Assembly (NCBI GenBank): GCA_951406725.2
Contig: OX597817.1
Coordinates: 162,874,001-162,938,000 of the forward strand
Source: Octopus vulgaris
Taxonomy: Eukaryota
Direction of reading: 5' to 3'
Length of the DNA stretch: 64,000 nt
Part shown: one piece after another, positions 62,979 through 64,000 of the stretch
Numbering within the stretch: the first letter of the stretch is position 1
Layout: each line of letters opens with the position of its first letter
The notes under the pieces: model-generated
Told to the model about the DNA's origin: nothing
Database searches by the model: none
What the model saw: only the letters and a program-made list of their open reading frames with translations
Made by a program: the position numbers and the translations under genes

Positions 62979-63397
62979 GTAAGTGTCTTCAAAATATATC
63001 GCAACTTAAGCAATTTAAAAAAGATATAATTGTTGTAAATTACCACCAATTTTCTTGGCCAATTTTATTTCACGTTATATCTTCGATCTCTTTCAAAAAT
63101 TCTTTTAATCTCAATAATAATCCAGCCTTCATTTTAATATTCTTCGGATAAAATAACGGAGAGGTACATTATATTTCAGTGTTTATTTTTTTCTCCCTCA
63201 GATTTCAACTATTTACGTGCACATTCCATAAACACATATTAGTGTATAAATATCTAATACATTCTCTCTTAATTCTCATTGCTTTATGTTAATGCTATTA
63301 TTTTCACTTTCTCAACCAACCGCCGTCACATTCATAAGTAGCCGTTTCTTTATTTCTATCAACGCTCCTTTATTATTTTCTCCCTCCCAACTAACAG

Positions 63398-63466
63398 GAA
63401 AACCAGACGTCCTTTACATCGAGGTGGTTAGGAAATATGTTTAAAGCAGACTGTGAAGCCAGGAAA
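63398..63466 (+). CDS. Putative exon 2 of the downstream gene (ENQTSFTSRWLGNMFKADCEARK)
   Basis: Pyrimidine tract and ctaacag acceptor, 69-nt open frame in phase 0 with the preceding exon, gtaagt donor. Confidence 0.55.
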
Positions 63467-64000
63467 GTAAGTAATTGCTTTTTTTCCCCTTTTCTCTCTC
63501 TCTTACTTAATACGTGTTTAGAAATAATTTTTCGAACTTAGGCAAAGCGGTTTTTTTTTCGCGAACCGACGAAACGAAATGAAAATAGTATAAAAACAAT
63601 ACTACGAAGCAAAAGACAATTATATCCTCATATTCTTCCGATTGCATAGCACTGTAATATATGTATATATATATATATATAGATATAGATATATATATTA
63701 CATATATACATATATATTTTTTTACACACACACACACGTGTGTGTGTATATGGTAAATTTGAATTATGATAATGTTTGAAAGAGCAGATATTTTCATATC
63801 TATTCAAGTGTCAAAATAACTCACTCTTTCCATCTGTCTTTGACAACATGTCTGAGCTATCATCGAAACCCGCTGTTTTGTTATTACTACAACTACTACT
63901 AATTATTATTATTATTCTGGTTTTAAGTGTCCATTGTAATAGTTTTCACTTTAATATTGCGCTAATACCGTTGGAAAAAAAAACCCCAAAAAACAAAACA

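Overview
AT-rich, repeat-dense animal genomic DNA; the SINE and repeat repertoire suggests an octopus or other cephalopod (inference). The main feature is a complete plus-strand ERCC6/CSB (Cockayne syndrome B, SNF2-family ATPase) gene. I reconstructed 21 coding exons by hand (6484..43504, 4308 nt, about 1435 aa); all junctions are GT-AG and phase-consistent. A second, unidentified gene appears to start at about 62949. The rest is tRNA-SINEs, LINE relics (CR1/L2, RTE, R4/Dong-like), Helitrons, mariner, piggyBac-type and Merlin-type MITEs, a Merlin transposase relic, a Gypsy relic and Penelope-like fragments. Best second-look items: (1) two minimal type-I hammerhead ribozyme motifs on opposite strands at about 59.3 and 59.6 kb; (2) a 48-bp duplication giving an in-frame alternative acceptor just before helicase motif V; (3) a partial copy of exon 9 with its own acceptor (candidate poison exon); (4) a 9 x 232-bp SINE-derived satellite next to an inverted copy in intron 18; (5) a piggyBac-like relic abutting the first coding exon; (6) many foldbacks that could form dsRNA in the pre-mRNA. 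I see no clear-cut novel protein-coding system. Repeat boundaries are approximate and family names rest on motif recognition, not database searches.
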